Source of the DNA: Octopus sinensis
Taxonomy: Eukaryota
Reading direction: 5' to 3'
DNA: 64,000 bases
Assembly: GCF_006345805.1 (NCBI RefSeq)
Contig: NC_043009.1
Coordinates: 61,132,001 to 61,196,000 of the forward strand
The notes under the pieces are model-generated. The model ran no database searches, was not told the DNA's origin, and saw only the letters and a list, made by a program, of their open reading frames with translations. Below, piece by piece: positions 33,880-48,063 of the stretch (the first letter of the stretch is position 1; each line of letters starts with the position of its first letter). The translations under genes and the position numbers were made by a program.

Positions 33880-34803
33880 TATATATATTACATTTTGTGA
33901 AATTTGATTTAGTATTTCTAAATTGAATTTTTCCCTGTAAGTTTGGAATAATATTCCCTCAAATTATTATTTTATATATATATATATATATATATATGTA
34001 TGCATGTAAATGTATTTGTGTATAAATATGTGTATATAATTACATGCTTGTGTGTATGTATATACTATGTATATACATTTAAACTTTGAAGCCGTGTGTG
34101 TGTGTGTGTGTGTGAAGTGATACGAAGCAATATTGAAGGTCAAGAGTAAGACATAGTCACATGACTATTTACCCATAAATTTTCACAAACTGTTCCACCC
34201 TTTAATTATCGACCACTGTTGAGACAACTCATACCGAAGTATTCATCTTTAAATCAAACTCTCATAATATGAACAATATTACGAGATTTTACTTGGTCAA
34301 ATCCAACACAACGCGGTGAACTCCCTTCTACCCGGTACTTAACTGGAAACCTCAAGCAACCAGAAAAATGTATTGTTAATTAGAAGTCAAAAGAATTTGT
34401 GATAATTTGTGTTAATTAATTAATTAATTGTCATTAAAAGAAAATTTCTACTGTATCTAAAATGCATCATTGCTTCTTCTCAAAGTACAGTATTTTGTTT
34501 TACTGTATCCACGGTACCTGTATTTTATTAGGTTAATAAAACTTCTTCATTAATTAAATCGCACTTTATTTCTTCCTATTTTTCTCATTTCTATTATGTT
34601 TAGAATATTTAATGGTAACACTGATGTATATTTTGAGAGTTTTGATGAGGTCTGTAAGGTGCTATGCTAATTTAAAAAGTGAGGGATCACATACCCAGAA
34701 AATTCAATTATACAGCAAACCTTCAGTCCTCATGATGTTGGATAGGAGGAAGTTTACTGTGCATATATACGTATGTAAATATGTGCATATATATATACAT
34801 ATG

Positions 34804-35207
34804 TATGAGGGTGAGTCAAAAAGTAATGCCATTTTGTTTAGGACAGGTATAATTACCAACACAGGAACATGTATCATGCATCAAAATGAGGCTGGTCGTC
34901 TGTGGATGACATTCCTACTTCTCAACATAGTCACCGTTTCTCTCAATAGCAACGTCCCACCTTTGAATGAGAGCATGTATCCCTGCCCTGTAAAATTTTG
35001 TTGACTGTTCTTTGAGCCATTTCTTCACTACCTCCACACTCACCAGATTTAGTGCCTTCAGACAATCATCTCCTCAGTGCCACGAAAGTGGGTTTGAGAG
35101 GCAAACATTATTCCAGTGACAACGAAGTGAAAACTAGTGAAGAAGTGGCTCAAAGAACAGTCAACAGAATTTTACAGGGCAGGGATACATACTCTCATTC
35201 AAAGGTG
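34804..35207. mobile_element. Rearranged mariner MITE with internal fold-back
   Basis: TA-TGAGGGTGAGTCAAAAAGT terminus; HSPDLVPSDNHLL...[22 protein letters not shown] mariner C-terminus; 72-bp arms 34958-35029 and 35136-35207. Confidence 0.8.
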
Positions 35208-36061
35208 TATGTATATATATGTATATGTATGTATATATATATGTATATGTATGTATATATATATGTATATATATGTATACATATATGTATACATATATGT
35301 ATATATATGTATACATATATATAAATATATGTATACATATATGTATGTATATAGATACATGTATATATATCTATACATATATGTATACATATATATATGT
35401 ATATATATATACATTTATATATATATATACATGTATATATATGTATGTATATATACGTAAAGCAAGACAGATGAGTGACAACCTGGCCACTGGTGGTGGT
35501 GTAACAAACCATACTAATCATATCTATCGGGCATATGGAAGTGAGTGTAATTTGGTAGGAGGACTTAAACGACATGCAAAGGTACATGAAGCCCAGTTAC
35601 AACTACAGCTGGCTATTACTGGTAAAGGTTTTAGTTGCCAATTCTGTACAAGACATTGTAGATCTTTAGCTGGGCTAAAAAGTCACATTCGATCACAGCA
35701 CCAGTAACAGTTAAGCTTCGTGCAATGGCCATACTCGATAACGAGGGGGCAGCCATAATATATGTATATATATATATGTATATATATATATATGTATATA
35801 TGCATATATGTATATATGTATATATATATATATATATATATGCATATATGTATATATGCATATATGCATATATGTATATATGCATATATGTATATATGCA
35901 TATATGTATATATGCATATATGTATATATGCATATATGTATATATGCATATATGTATATATGCATATATATATATATGTATATATGCATATATATGTATA
36001 TATATATATGTATGTATATGTATATTTGCATATATATGTATGTATATATATATATGTGTAA

Positions 36062-36117
<56 letters not shown>

Positions 36118-36118
36118 A
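35208..36118. repeat. (TA)n, (TATG)n and (GCATATATGTATATAT)n microsatellite tracts flanking the zinc-finger fragment
   Basis: Direct inspection; interrupted by unique sequence at 35455-35760. Confidence 0.85.
35455..35760 (+). pseudogene. C2H2 zinc-finger-encoding fragment, probably the 3' end of an RTE-type LINE ORF
   Basis: [25 protein letters not shown] (C-x2-C-x12-H-x4-H, 35636-35701) preceded by a degenerate finger ending GLKRHAKVH; short 3' tail then (TA)n. Confidence 0.6.
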
Positions 36119-36207
36119 GTGACAATTTACAAAAAAAACACAAGACCAAGACAGGTGTGTAAACAACAAACAGATGTATTAGTTTAACGCTCAAGAAGTG
36201 AGAAAGT

Positions 36208-36243
36208 CTTTTATGTTTCGAGCCTGCACTCTTCAACAGAAAG
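36208..36243 (-). ncRNA. Hammerhead-like motif, core CUGUUGA, stem III mismatched
   Basis: Reverse strand CTTT CTGTTGA A GAGT-GCAG-GCTC GAAAC ATA AAAG. Confidence 0.5.
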
Positions 36244-36613
36244 GAACACAGAAACAAACAGGGAGAGAAAATAGAAAAAGTTTAGTGGTTAGCGATCTAT
36301 CATGGCAAATATATGAATATTTATATATGTGTATATATATATGTGTATATATGTATGTATATATATATATATATGTATATTTGTATGTATGTATATATAT
36401 ACATGTGTGTATTTATATATATGTGTATGTATATATATATATATTTATATATATATGTAGATATATGTGTGTGTGTGTATGTATATATATGTGTGTGTGT
36501 GTATGTATATATATGTATGTGTATATGTATATGTACGTATATGTATGTATGTATATATTGTATATATATATATGTGTATTGTATATGTACATATATGTAT
36601 GTTTATATATGTG

Positions 36614-36650
<37 letters not shown>

Positions 36651-36894
36651 TTAGGTGTCTAGAAACTTACATGTATTTTGCTGATATAGGATGTTTATAT
36701 GTAATTTGCAACTTTAATAAACCTGTCCTTGTATGAAACGATCGTACTAAACCTATTCTTGTTGCTTCTTTGCTTATAATATACTGTATGTATCAGTATA
36801 GTTTTTTTTGGTGCACTAAGTTAGTACCATATCAAGTAAATTTTTAAATATTAACTGAATCTTTATTGCTCTTTGTATATATAATATATATATA

Positions 36895-37885
36895 ACTTAG
36901 AATAACTTAGAAAGGTTTTTGGCCAGTATTGGCCCAGGCCATGTCTAACTTAATAGCACCACCTGGCGAAGTCTTTCAGTTCGAGCAGAGAGTTATTGTT
37001 TGCGGAGACATATCCGGGTGTGGGTGGTTTGTCGGTACTGTTTGAAGGAATTTGTCCAAAGACTTCTTGAATTTTGTGTGGTCAGTTTCTTTTTTGACGT
37101 GTCCTGGTGTAATGTTGAAGAGAGCGGGTCCAATTGAGGTGATGAAATAGTGTGCCGTATTGTCGTTATGTGATGCGATTTAGATTTTTGTTGTGGACGG
37201 ATGGCACGTGGTCCAAGCCTTGGATGAATTTTGAAGGTGATGCCAACATCATTCGGACAGTGCTGATGGAATATTTTCCACATCATACAGATAATGTAGC
37301 GTTCACGGCGTCGTTGGAGTGAATACAATTTCAGCTTCTCTAGTCTACCCCAGTAGTCAAGGTCTGACATGCCATCTATCTTTTTTGTGATTGACCTTTG
37401 GGGAGCTTCAATTCTCATAATATTTTGTTTTGTGTAGGGAGACCACAGTGGACAGCAGTATTCAAGGTGGGGTCGGGCAAAAGTGTAGAAGAGAAGGATA
37501 ATAGCGTGGGAATCTCTCGACTGGAAGGTTCTGAGAATCCAGGAACACATTCTGCAGGCCATGTCAACTTTGCTGCTTATATGTGTAGCCCAGCTTATGT
37601 TGTTGTCCACTGTTACTCCCAGGTCTCTGATGTTGTTGGATGCCATGAGAATTTCTCCAGAAGGAAGAGAGTATGGGAGTTTCAGAGCGTCCTCCCTTCC
37701 AAAGTGGATCAGTTCGAATTTGTCTTCATGTAGCAACATGTTATTCTTTTCCGCCCATTGGACAACAGCCAGTAGGTCTGGCTGAAGGTTTATTCGGTCA
37801 TCCACACCATTGATGACCTTCTGGAGCTTGGAATCATCAGCGAAGGTTCTGATGTTACTGTGTTTGATGGTGTCAGTAATATCAT
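36895..37885 (-). pseudogene. CR1/L2-group LINE, 5'-truncated: RT C-terminus and 3' end
   Basis: ORF 36993-37949(-): IRTFADDSKL (FADD at 37833-37844), IRDLGVTVD, RPHLEYCCPLWSPY, RLEKLKLYSLQRRRER; short CTAAGTTATT-type tail near 36895. Confidence 0.92.
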
Positions 37886-38474
37886 ATATAAAGATATATT
37901 TAATATATGTATATAATTTAGAGAAAAAAACGTCTATTAAACAATTCAATAATGAAAGATGTTATTTACACCATATAGAAAAAAATATACTATAAAAACC
38001 TTATTCTAAAAATCAATAAAGTACAATAAATAGTAAATAGTAGTAAAAATACTACACGCATTTCATGGCTATATTTTCAAATAGATAATAATAATAAAAT
38101 CAATTCGATTTAAAATTAAATCAATCTAAAATTAATTTTATTTAAAAATACAGTCACTCATCAGGTCTAAAATAATAAATAAATGATAATAGAGTAAATG
38201 TACTTATCTCAACTTACACTAATTATCAAATCAATATATAAAAAAATACATGTATTAACTATAAATAATCAAAAAGCATTTAACAATATTTCTTAAAATA
38301 AAATATAACTTATCTTATCGAAGGATTTTCGTGAACTAAAAATTTAAACGTAATACATAGAACTTGGCATTTATAAGAAATATATCACGTGAATATATGG
38401 TATATATAGAATTTATAGAAGAAATAGATAAAAATATGTATTTAAGCTATTAAAATTACAAATGAATTTTAGCA

Positions 38475-38511
<37 letters not shown>

Positions 38512-39574
38512 TGTAGATATATGTATACAGATATATAATTTTTCCAGTAAATGGTATATTAAAGTAAATTTTTTTCCTATTAACAGATGCTATGAAAAAA
38601 ATCCGTTGAATAAAATGGAAGTTACTCTGATATGTAGAAAAAGAGAAAAAGATTTTTAAAAATACATGCAACCATATTCTCACAGTACATAGACATAAAC
38701 CTCCTGCGTTCACAACATCTACATACATACACACTAACACAAACATGTATACGTACATGCACATGCACACACACAAATATATGTTTATGTATGTACTCAT
38801 ACATAAACACATATCAACACACACATGCACACATGCATATATATATATATAATACAAATAAGAAAATAGAGAAACAATTTAGTTTGTTCATCAACTTTTG
38901 GATATTAGAATGTTGAATTATTTATTCATTTAACAAAATGAGAACCTTAATAGCATACATATATATCTTATAATTGAATACATATAAGATAAGAATACAA
39001 ATTATAAAAATCATTAAAATCACTCCGTACAGCTGTTTCAGCCTGCAACCTCATCCTCATATACACATAAGTGTTTACATGCATAGACATAACAAAATAT
39101 AATATTTAGACATTTATACATATATATACAGACATATATTCACACTCTTGCATATGCACATACATATGTATATATATATATTTATACACCCTCCCATCAC
39201 ACACCTACACCCATCATATACAAACATATGCATATCCGTATGAAGGAAGGGGATGTGTCCATGAAAGTCACACATATGCACCAGAGACAGTCGTACTCTC
39301 ATATACATACATATACACATACACAAATATACTCACGCACCCACATATACATATAAAATATATACATACATATTCATATGCACACATATGTACACATTCA
39401 CACAATTAAAAAAGGAAACAGGGAAAAAATGAAAAAATACATACAAAAAATTAAAAATAAATGAAAGTTGAAACATATGGGAAACCTTGTGCAGGAACAT
39501 AGTAAAAATATGGAGTCTCGCCATGATCTTGTGGGACCCAAAACCATAACAGATATTTTGTGATATGTGGACAT

Positions 39575-40054
39575 TATCAAAAAAGTTCATTTCTTGAATT
39601 TAGACATGTAGCAGGGTCCAAGGAACTTTTCCAGATAAGCCATCTCTCCATATTACAAAGACCACACTTGACACTACCGTTGGTATAAAGTTTACATTTG
39701 GTTAAGATCTTCCAGTAAATCTTGTAGTTGACACCTTGTTCTTTTAAGAACCATATATAACTGAATAATTTGGTAGTTTTTTTGTTTATTCCAGTGTCTG
39801 ATGCTTAAGGCATAATTGTTGAATCTTGCTTTGAAATTTCCCTCTGTGAGACCTACATATCTCTTGGATGAAACTGCATTATTGGCATTTTTAGAATTTA
39901 CAGTGGCTTCATAAATAATAGTCTCAGTCATACAGGCTCCATTTAGTGGGCATAAGTCTTTATACCTGCAGGAACAGATGGCTTCATGTTGTTGTGTTGC
40001 ATTGTGTGTAGTTATGCTGTTAAAGTTTGAGTTGCTGAGAGCAACGCACTTCAC
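39575..40054 (-). pseudogene. Penelope-like element GIY-YIG endonuclease fragment with Cys-rich linker (Neptune-like)
   Basis: CSCRYKDLCPLNGACMTETIIYEATV...RYVGLTEGNFKARFNN, then in a shifted frame TTKLFSYIWFLKE...IYWKILTKC...KCGLCNMER and CLNSRNELF. Confidence 0.85.
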
Positions 40055-40801
40055 CTATTCTGTGAAACTTGTAAATAAACCGATTGTAAATTGCATTTGT
40101 ACTTAAAGACTTCTTTCTTCACCTGCCGGAGCCTGAACTACACAAAGAGCAAGATATAATGGGAGAAGGTGATATTCTCCCGATATTGTAAACCTTGCCT
40201 TTCATTATATATTAATATATATATATATATATATTGGCACATAAAAAACACCATCCGAGCGTGGTCGTCTGCCAGCCTTGTCTGGCACCTGTGTCGGTGG
40301 CACATAAAAACACCATCCGAGCGTGGCCGTTTGCCAGCCTCGTCTGGCACCTGTGTTGGTGGCACATAAAATCACCCACTACACTCTCGGAGTGGTTGGC
40401 GTTAGGAAGGGCATCCAGCTGTAGAAACACTGCCAGATCTGACTGGCCTGGTGCAGCCTTCGGGCTCCCCAGACCCCAGTTGGACCGTCCAACCCATGCT
40501 AGCATGGAAGGCGGACGTTAAATGAGGATGATGATGATGATGATGATATAGAATAGTGACCCCCTTCGGTCAGACACTGAGCATGGGTTTGCACCTAGAG
40601 AGTTACTCTCTGAGGCACAAGTCTGGGCAAGGTTGTTTCATGGAAGACCAGCAGTCGCCCATGCATACCGGCCTCCCCTCTCCACGTCACCGATGTTGTC
40701 CAAGGGAAAGGCAAGGGCCGATACAGCTTGGCACCTGTGACGTCACAACTCATTTCTACAGCTGAGTGAACTGGAGCAACATGAAATAAAGTATATATAT
40801 A

Positions 40802-40845
<44 letters not shown>

Positions 40846-41889
40846 ATATATAATATATATATATATATATTAATATATATATATATGTGTGTGTGTGTGT
40901 ATGTGTGTCAATATATATATATATATTTTTATATCATCATCATCATCGTTTAACGTCTGTCTTCTGTGCTAGCACGGGTTTACACACATATATATGTATT
41001 TACATATACATATATATACAGACACATATTTTTACAAGTATATATTCATACACACACACACATGCATGTATATATGTGCATGTGTGAGTGTGTATGCATG
41101 TATACATGTGTATGTATATACATATATATCCGGCATCCGGTGGCTGGCACATTTCTTTATTGTAGTGCACCTAAGCAATATACACATTAATTCCATTATC
41201 ATTATTTTTTATATATGAGAACATGAATGAGCAACTCTAAAACAATGTACAGCAAGGGGTATCTTGGTGTAGCATGGAATTTCATAAAATATAATTCAAG
41301 GCTTTAAAAATTCTCTGTTGAATGGTTGAGTACCTTCAAAAGCATATTAGTCATAATTTTGTTATACACAAATATGATTAACCAAGCATTTGTGTTCTTT
41401 ATTTTTCTTCAAAATTTTTAACTTTAAAATATAACTTTTTTGTTTTTTTAACTTTCCATGCGAACTGCACCAATGTTAATTTTGTCTGATATTTCGTGTG
41501 TCACAATTTCTAAAAGATTGTGGACCAATAACATAGAGTGTATGTTTGTTGAAGAGACAGCCGAGGCTCTAATGTGAATGTAATTGAAATAAATGTGTTG
41601 TCTGATGTCATGGTAGATGTATGTGGGTAAAATGAACTGGAATGGCTTTCTTGTGCGGGATGCGAATAGAGAGAGAAAGAAAGGAGGTGTAGAGAAGTGA
41701 AACAGCATGATGAGGGTTGACAGCGTAAAGTTTCTTTCGGAGCAAGGAAAGACATGAGAAGAAACAGTCAGATACATTGTTTCGAGGTAATATGGGAAGG
41801 AAAGAATTCATATAGGAAAACCGTGTCGATCCAATGCCTGCAAAGAGAAATGAAAATAAACATTTGACGGTAACAGGGGTGGGATATAT

Positions 41890-42188
41890 ATGAGTGTGTG
41901 TGTACACATATATATGAGTGTGTGTATTAATAGTAAAGTATATATATATATATATATGTACATACATACACGTGTATATATAAATATGTATATATACACA
42001 CATACACATATATATATACACTTTTATACATATATATGTGTATATATATGGTGTAGACAACAAACAGATGCTCAGGAAGTGAAAAAGTCTTTAACGTTTC
42101 AAGCCTACACTCTTCCACAGAAAGGAACACAGAAAGAAACAAGGTGAGAAAATAAAGAATGTGTAGTGGCTTGCAAACTACCATGGCG

Positions 42189-42252
<64 letters not shown>

Positions 42253-42820
42253 ACACACACACACACACACACAACACACATACACATGAGTGTGTGTATT
42301 ATTAATAAAGTATGTATACATATGTATATACATACACATGTATATATACACAGATACACACACACACAGATTTATATACACACATTTGTACATACATATA
42401 TATGTGTGCATGTGTGTATGTATATATGTGTGTGTGTACATACACGTGTATATATAAATATGTATATATACATCCATACACACACACTCACATATATATA
42501 TATACATTTATACATACATATGTATATATATATGTGTGTGTGTGTATACATACACACACACATATACACATATATACACATTTATACATATATATGTATA
42601 TATATATGTGTATATATAAGTGTATATATATATATGTATGTGTGTGTGTGTGTATATATATTAACACACATTTATATATGCACCCATATATATGCATACA
42701 TGTTATGTAAGTACATGAACATGTATAGACAAACCTGTGCATATCTATGTATGTGTGAGTGTATATACATACATACATACACACACATATATATATATGC
42801 ATGCTTATATGCTTGTATAT
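41890..42820. repeat. (TA)n/(CA)n microsatellite block with embedded PLE-type repeat (42045-42190)
   Basis: Direct inspection. Confidence 0.85.
42089..42124 (-). ncRNA. Hammerhead-like motif, core CUGUGGA
   Basis: Reverse strand CTTT CTGTGGA A GAGT-GTAG-GCTT GAAAC GTT AAAG. Confidence 0.5.
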
Positions 42821-43194
42821 ATTATATCGTCATCACATCACACAACCAACTCGGGAACTCCTGATGGTCATGTGATATGACTGGATACAGAGGCACCAGA
42901 AGACTTTCTCTTTATACCAATGACGTCATCATAGTTTATGTTAATATCATAGTGGATGGATCCAGGGAGATAACTGTGTCGACTTCAACTTTTACCATCT
43001 TGTGATGGTTGTAGCGGTTGAAGTGTGAGGGGGTGCTGGTAGGGGTAACAGCTACGGTGGTAGTGTGAGGGGGGTAATGTGAGAGACGATTCTGTGGTTA
43101 TGGAGTTAGTGTGGTGGGTGGGTGGTCGGGGTGTGTGATAATGATAATTTGGCGGTTGTGATAGCTTAAATAGTGGCTCTGACCGAATTTGTGG

Positions 43195-43201
43195 CAGTGG
43201 C

Positions 43202-43239
<38 letters not shown>

Positions 43240-43460
43240 CAGCAGCAGTAGTAGTAGCAGTAGCAGCAGCAGTAGTAGCAGCAGCAGCAGTAGCAGCAAG
43301 TGGTGGTGGTGGTGGTGGTAGAGGTGGTGTTGGTGGTGTTGGTGGTGCTGGTGCTGGTGATGGTGGTAGTGGTACTAGTGGAAAGGATGGTAGTTGTGGT
43401 GGTGGTAGTTGAGGTGGTGTTGCTGATGTATATATGACGATGGTAGTAGCAGTAATAGTA
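43195..43460. repeat. (GTA)n-(GCA)n-(GGT)n trinucleotide tract
   Basis: Direct inspection; source of poly-L, poly-T and poly-V ORFs. Confidence 0.9.
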
Positions 43461-44660
43461 GATATCACTGGTGTTATTAAATATAGAAATAGTAGGAATA
43501 ATAAACGTAAAAAGTAATAGCATGGGAAAGAATGAAAGCCACCAAATCATTCCGGTCATGCTACATCTCATCTGTTATCTAGCAACACTGAAGTCTGAAA
43601 GTAGCAATGCTATGATAAGAACAATATTTATGTGGGTTGGACAGAGATACAAAGACATATTTTCTTTCTACAATAGGCACAAGGCTTGAAATTTTGTGGG
43701 GAAGGGGACTAATCGATTACATCAACCCCAGTGCTTAACTGGTACTTATTTTACCCACTCCGAATGGATGGAAGGCAAAGTCGACCTCGGCAGAATTTGA
43801 ACTCAGAATGTAGAGACGGTCGAAATACCGCTAAGCATTTGGTCCAGCATGCTAACGATTCTCCCAGCAGAGACAGTTAAATGCTGTTCTACTCACCCTT
43901 AAGTTAACAGGTTCAAACCTTGGTGATGTCATTATGTTTTGTTTAATCTCTTGGTCTTTCTCTGTGACCTTGCATCTACTGTTTATGAGAAGATATGATC
44001 TTATGTCCTCTGTGTAAGAGGGTTTAAATCTCATAATTACCCCGTGGGAAAGTTTGATCCAATGACCACTCACAGCTTAATGCCATGTGTAATCGGTGTG
44101 AGGGTTCAATCACATGTCCACTGTCTTTGAGAGGATTTGGTCTTATCTTCCCTCTGTCAGACGCCTCTATGTTGACTCAGTGAGAGGATTTTAAATCCAT
44201 TATCTGTATAAAATATGTCCACTGTCTGTCAACCCTATGTCCATTATGTACATCCTCTCCTGGTTGATAAATCAATGCAACTTTGACAGACTAGAGTAAC
44301 CATCATAGAGTACATTTGATATGAGACTTTGATATTAACATTAAAAAAAAAAATCAGAAAAACAATAGTACACACAGAAAAAGTGTATTTGTAGTGTCTT
44401 TTATGAGTTCCTGAAATGAGAGAATGTCGCAGGTCACATCCTCTCAGACTGGCCATACTGCAGCATTTGATGTTTATCTCGAACATCTGTAGATCTGCAT
44501 CTATAGGATGGTCTTGGTATGGAAGATTATGGAGAAGTATTTAGTGGAGGATCTGGGAGAGGAGACAGAGTGAAGCTGAAAGGTATTTGCTTTGATGAGA
44601 ATGGTAGCAAGATGAGAGGAACAAAAGCATTTGCTGTTATGATGAAAGAGACAGAAAGAA

Positions 44661-44697
<37 letters not shown>

Positions 44698-47249
44698 GAG
44701 AGAGAGAGGGGGGGTAAAGATGTGACTGTGAGCAAGAGGTTGTAATGTGTTAATGACTGAATCTTTGCTTATTAGTTTGATTAGCAAACTAATTAGCAAA
44801 TTAGTTTGATGACCTTCTGAATATAATCTATGATGTTTGGCCGTGTAACACTAATACCATCTCAGATATGTGTACAATGCTAATCCATTGTGAGTTCTAC
44901 ATTAATTTTGTTGAGGATTGGCAACTAACATACATCCTGGCTCTACAGGTCTGGCAATGTCACATATATATATCCAGGTGGAGACTTGTGGCTTAGTAGT
45001 TAAGGTGTTAGACCCATGATTGTAAGATTGTGGTTTTGATTCCTGGACAGAGCAATGCATTGTGTTCTTGAGCAAAACACTCCATTTCCCATTGTTCCAG
45101 TCCACTTATCTGGTATAAGTAAGTAATCCTGCAATGGACTAGTGTCACATCCATGGGGTAAATATATATACGCCATGGAAATCTTGGCTGTGAAGGCACA
45201 TGGCTTAGTGGTTAGAGTGTGAAGCTTACAATCAGGATGTTGTGAGCTTGAATCCTGGACCGGGCTGCGTGATTTGTTCTTGAGCAAGACACTTTATTTC
45301 ATGTTGCTCCAGTTCACTCAGCTGTAGAAAGGAGTTCCGACATCACTGGTGCCAAGCTGTATCGGCCTTTCCCTTGGATAACACTGGTGGTGTGGAGAGG
45401 AGAGGCCGGTATGCATGGGCGACTGCTGGTCTTCCATAAACAATCTTGCCCGGACTTGTGTCTGGGAGGGTAACTTTCGAGGTGCAATCCCATGGTCAGT
45501 GTCATGACTGAAGGGGGTCTCAGACTCAGACTTAGACATCTTGGCTGCTATTAAAGATCGTCTGATATTATGGAACAATATTTTACATCCATAGGAAGTT
45601 TGAAGGTTTTAATGATATTCTTGACTTGAAAAGATGAAGTACAACATTGTTGTGTTGATTGTAAGGATTGTGTCTTTGTCTTGATGAAAGTCAGAAGGCT
45701 ATCATGTCTTCATTGAAAGATACTCTAAAGGTTTCTGCTTATGTATTCAATGCATGTCTGATATTGGTTTCAAATCTCAGGATCAACAGTTTTTGTTTGT
45801 TTTTTTGGTGGGGAGGGTGTTATTCAATTACATCAACCCCGGTGCTTCACTGGTATTTATTTCATCAACTCAGATAGGATGAAAGACAAAGTCGACCTCA
45901 GCAGAATTTAATCTCAGACTGCAAAGATGGAAGAAATGCCACTAAGCATTTGCCAGGTATGCTAATGATTCTGCCAGCTTACCACCTTACATGCATGTCT
46001 AATATTAGACATGGGGTGTATAGGGCATCAGGGACAAGTAACGTCTTTAACATGTCATACTTTTAGTGGGTAATTTGCCTGTTCTGGCCTACATTTGGCA
46101 CCTAACTCTTACCTGTAGCTCCAAGGAACTGTTTGCATGCAACAGTGGCCACACACTGATAAACTACTTTGATTGGTGGGCTACACCTGTTGAGGATAGC
46201 CAACAGGTATGTAACTCTTAGTGAATTTGAGTTGTCTACAAATGTACCTGAAGACTGGACCTGACAGACTCTTCATGGTTCAATGGAGAAGATAGCAGCA
46301 TGGTCACAGTCCAATGACTGAAACATCATCATCATCATCATTTAACGTTTGTTCTTCATGCTGGCATGGGTTGAACAGTTTGATAGGAGCTGGCCAGCTG
46401 CCATCAGGCTCCATTGTCGGTTTTGGCAACCGGATGCCTTTCCTAATGCCAACCACTTTACAGAGTGTAGTGGATGCTTTTAACATGGCACCAACACAGG
46501 TGCTTTTATGTGGCACTGGCAAGGGTGCCACATGATAAGTAAAAGATAAAAGTTAAAAGATAAAACATCAACAAAGTGAGTTTGACATTTTTGCTTTATT
46601 TAAAGTCAAGAAAGATAAATTGAAAACGGGAGGCAAAACAAATCCAATGGAATTATAAATCTCAAAATATTTCTTTGAAAAAAAACCCAGAAAATAACAA
46701 AAGAAAACACAAAAAATATTCATTAATTTATGCATAATTAGAATATGATTTTTTTCAATCAAATTATTATTATTATTATTATTATTATTATTTTATTATT
46801 ATTATTATTATTAACATCATCATTATTATTATTATTGGCTGAAGACCAAAATTTGCAAAAGGACACAGAGACGAAGTTGCATCTGCCAGCCACAGTATTT
46901 ATCAAATTCAGAGAAAATATGAACTAGATGAGGAATTAGTTAAGCTAAGGACCGAGAGGGACAGAAGCAATTATACTACATGTAATTCAAATACCGGCTA
47001 CCATAGCCATCGAGGCCACCCAATAAAATATTATAAAGGAAATGCCATCGAGCAAAGGCTACAGTTTTAGGAAGTGAAGACTGTAACCCAGTTTTGATTC
47101 CCAGTGAATGCGAATTCACCTTATATCAATTATACACAGTACTTAAGCCTCCAACTCTGAGAAGTTTATGGACATCAAAAATTTCATTCTACTCTCTTAT
47201 ATACTGGTGTTCTTATTCCCTCAGTGAGCCATCCATTGCCTCCCGCAGC

Positions 47250-47279
47250 ATATTATGTATATATAATATATATATATAT

Positions 47280-47317
<38 letters not shown>

Positions 47318-47695
47318 TAATATATATATATGTATATGTCAGTTCACCAACTCGCCATCTCGACATGACAAAACTCGGATGACATATTACAAACAAACTA
47401 GAGACTGGTAACTTACATATAATGATGCAGTCAGAGCAGGGATATGTTCTCTGTGTGTGTTTAAGTATGTGCATAAAAACATACACACACACACACACAC
47501 ACACAAATATATATATATATATATATATATTAATTGCTATATGCACATATATATGTAAGTATAAATGTACATATACTTATATACCAGTATCTATGTGTGT
47601 GTATATATATATATATATATATGTATGCGTGTGTGTGTACATATACATACATACATACATACATACATACATACATACATACATACATACATACA

Positions 47696-47726
<31 letters not shown>

Positions 47727-47996
47727 CTGGGAGCAGAAAAAAAAACGGATTTAGTTTATCTTTTTATTATAACATCACAAATTGCATAATCTTTACACAT
47801 GTTTCACTAGCAAATACTAGTAGGTTGTACGGTAATCATTATGTATTAATAGATGATTGCATAATCACACTGAAACACCAGATCTTCTGAAGAAAATATA
47901 ATTTAATCCATAGTGATTTACCAACATTAGGTGGTTCAGAATGCTACATATATATTATATGTGTGTGTGAGTATGTATGTATGTATGTGCACGCAC

Positions 47997-48063
<67 letters not shown>

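Noticed and set aside
38150-38170. CTGATGA on the minus strand as another hammerhead
   Set aside because: No matching stem II closure or GAAA downstream.
41448-41777. 109-aa minus-strand ORF in unique sequence
   Set aside because: No recognisable motif and no convincing splice context.
42985-43468. Poly-Leu, Thr/Pro-rich and Val/Ala/Gly ORFs resembling mucin or signal-peptide proteins
   Set aside because: Trinucleotide repeat translations open in several frames on both strands.
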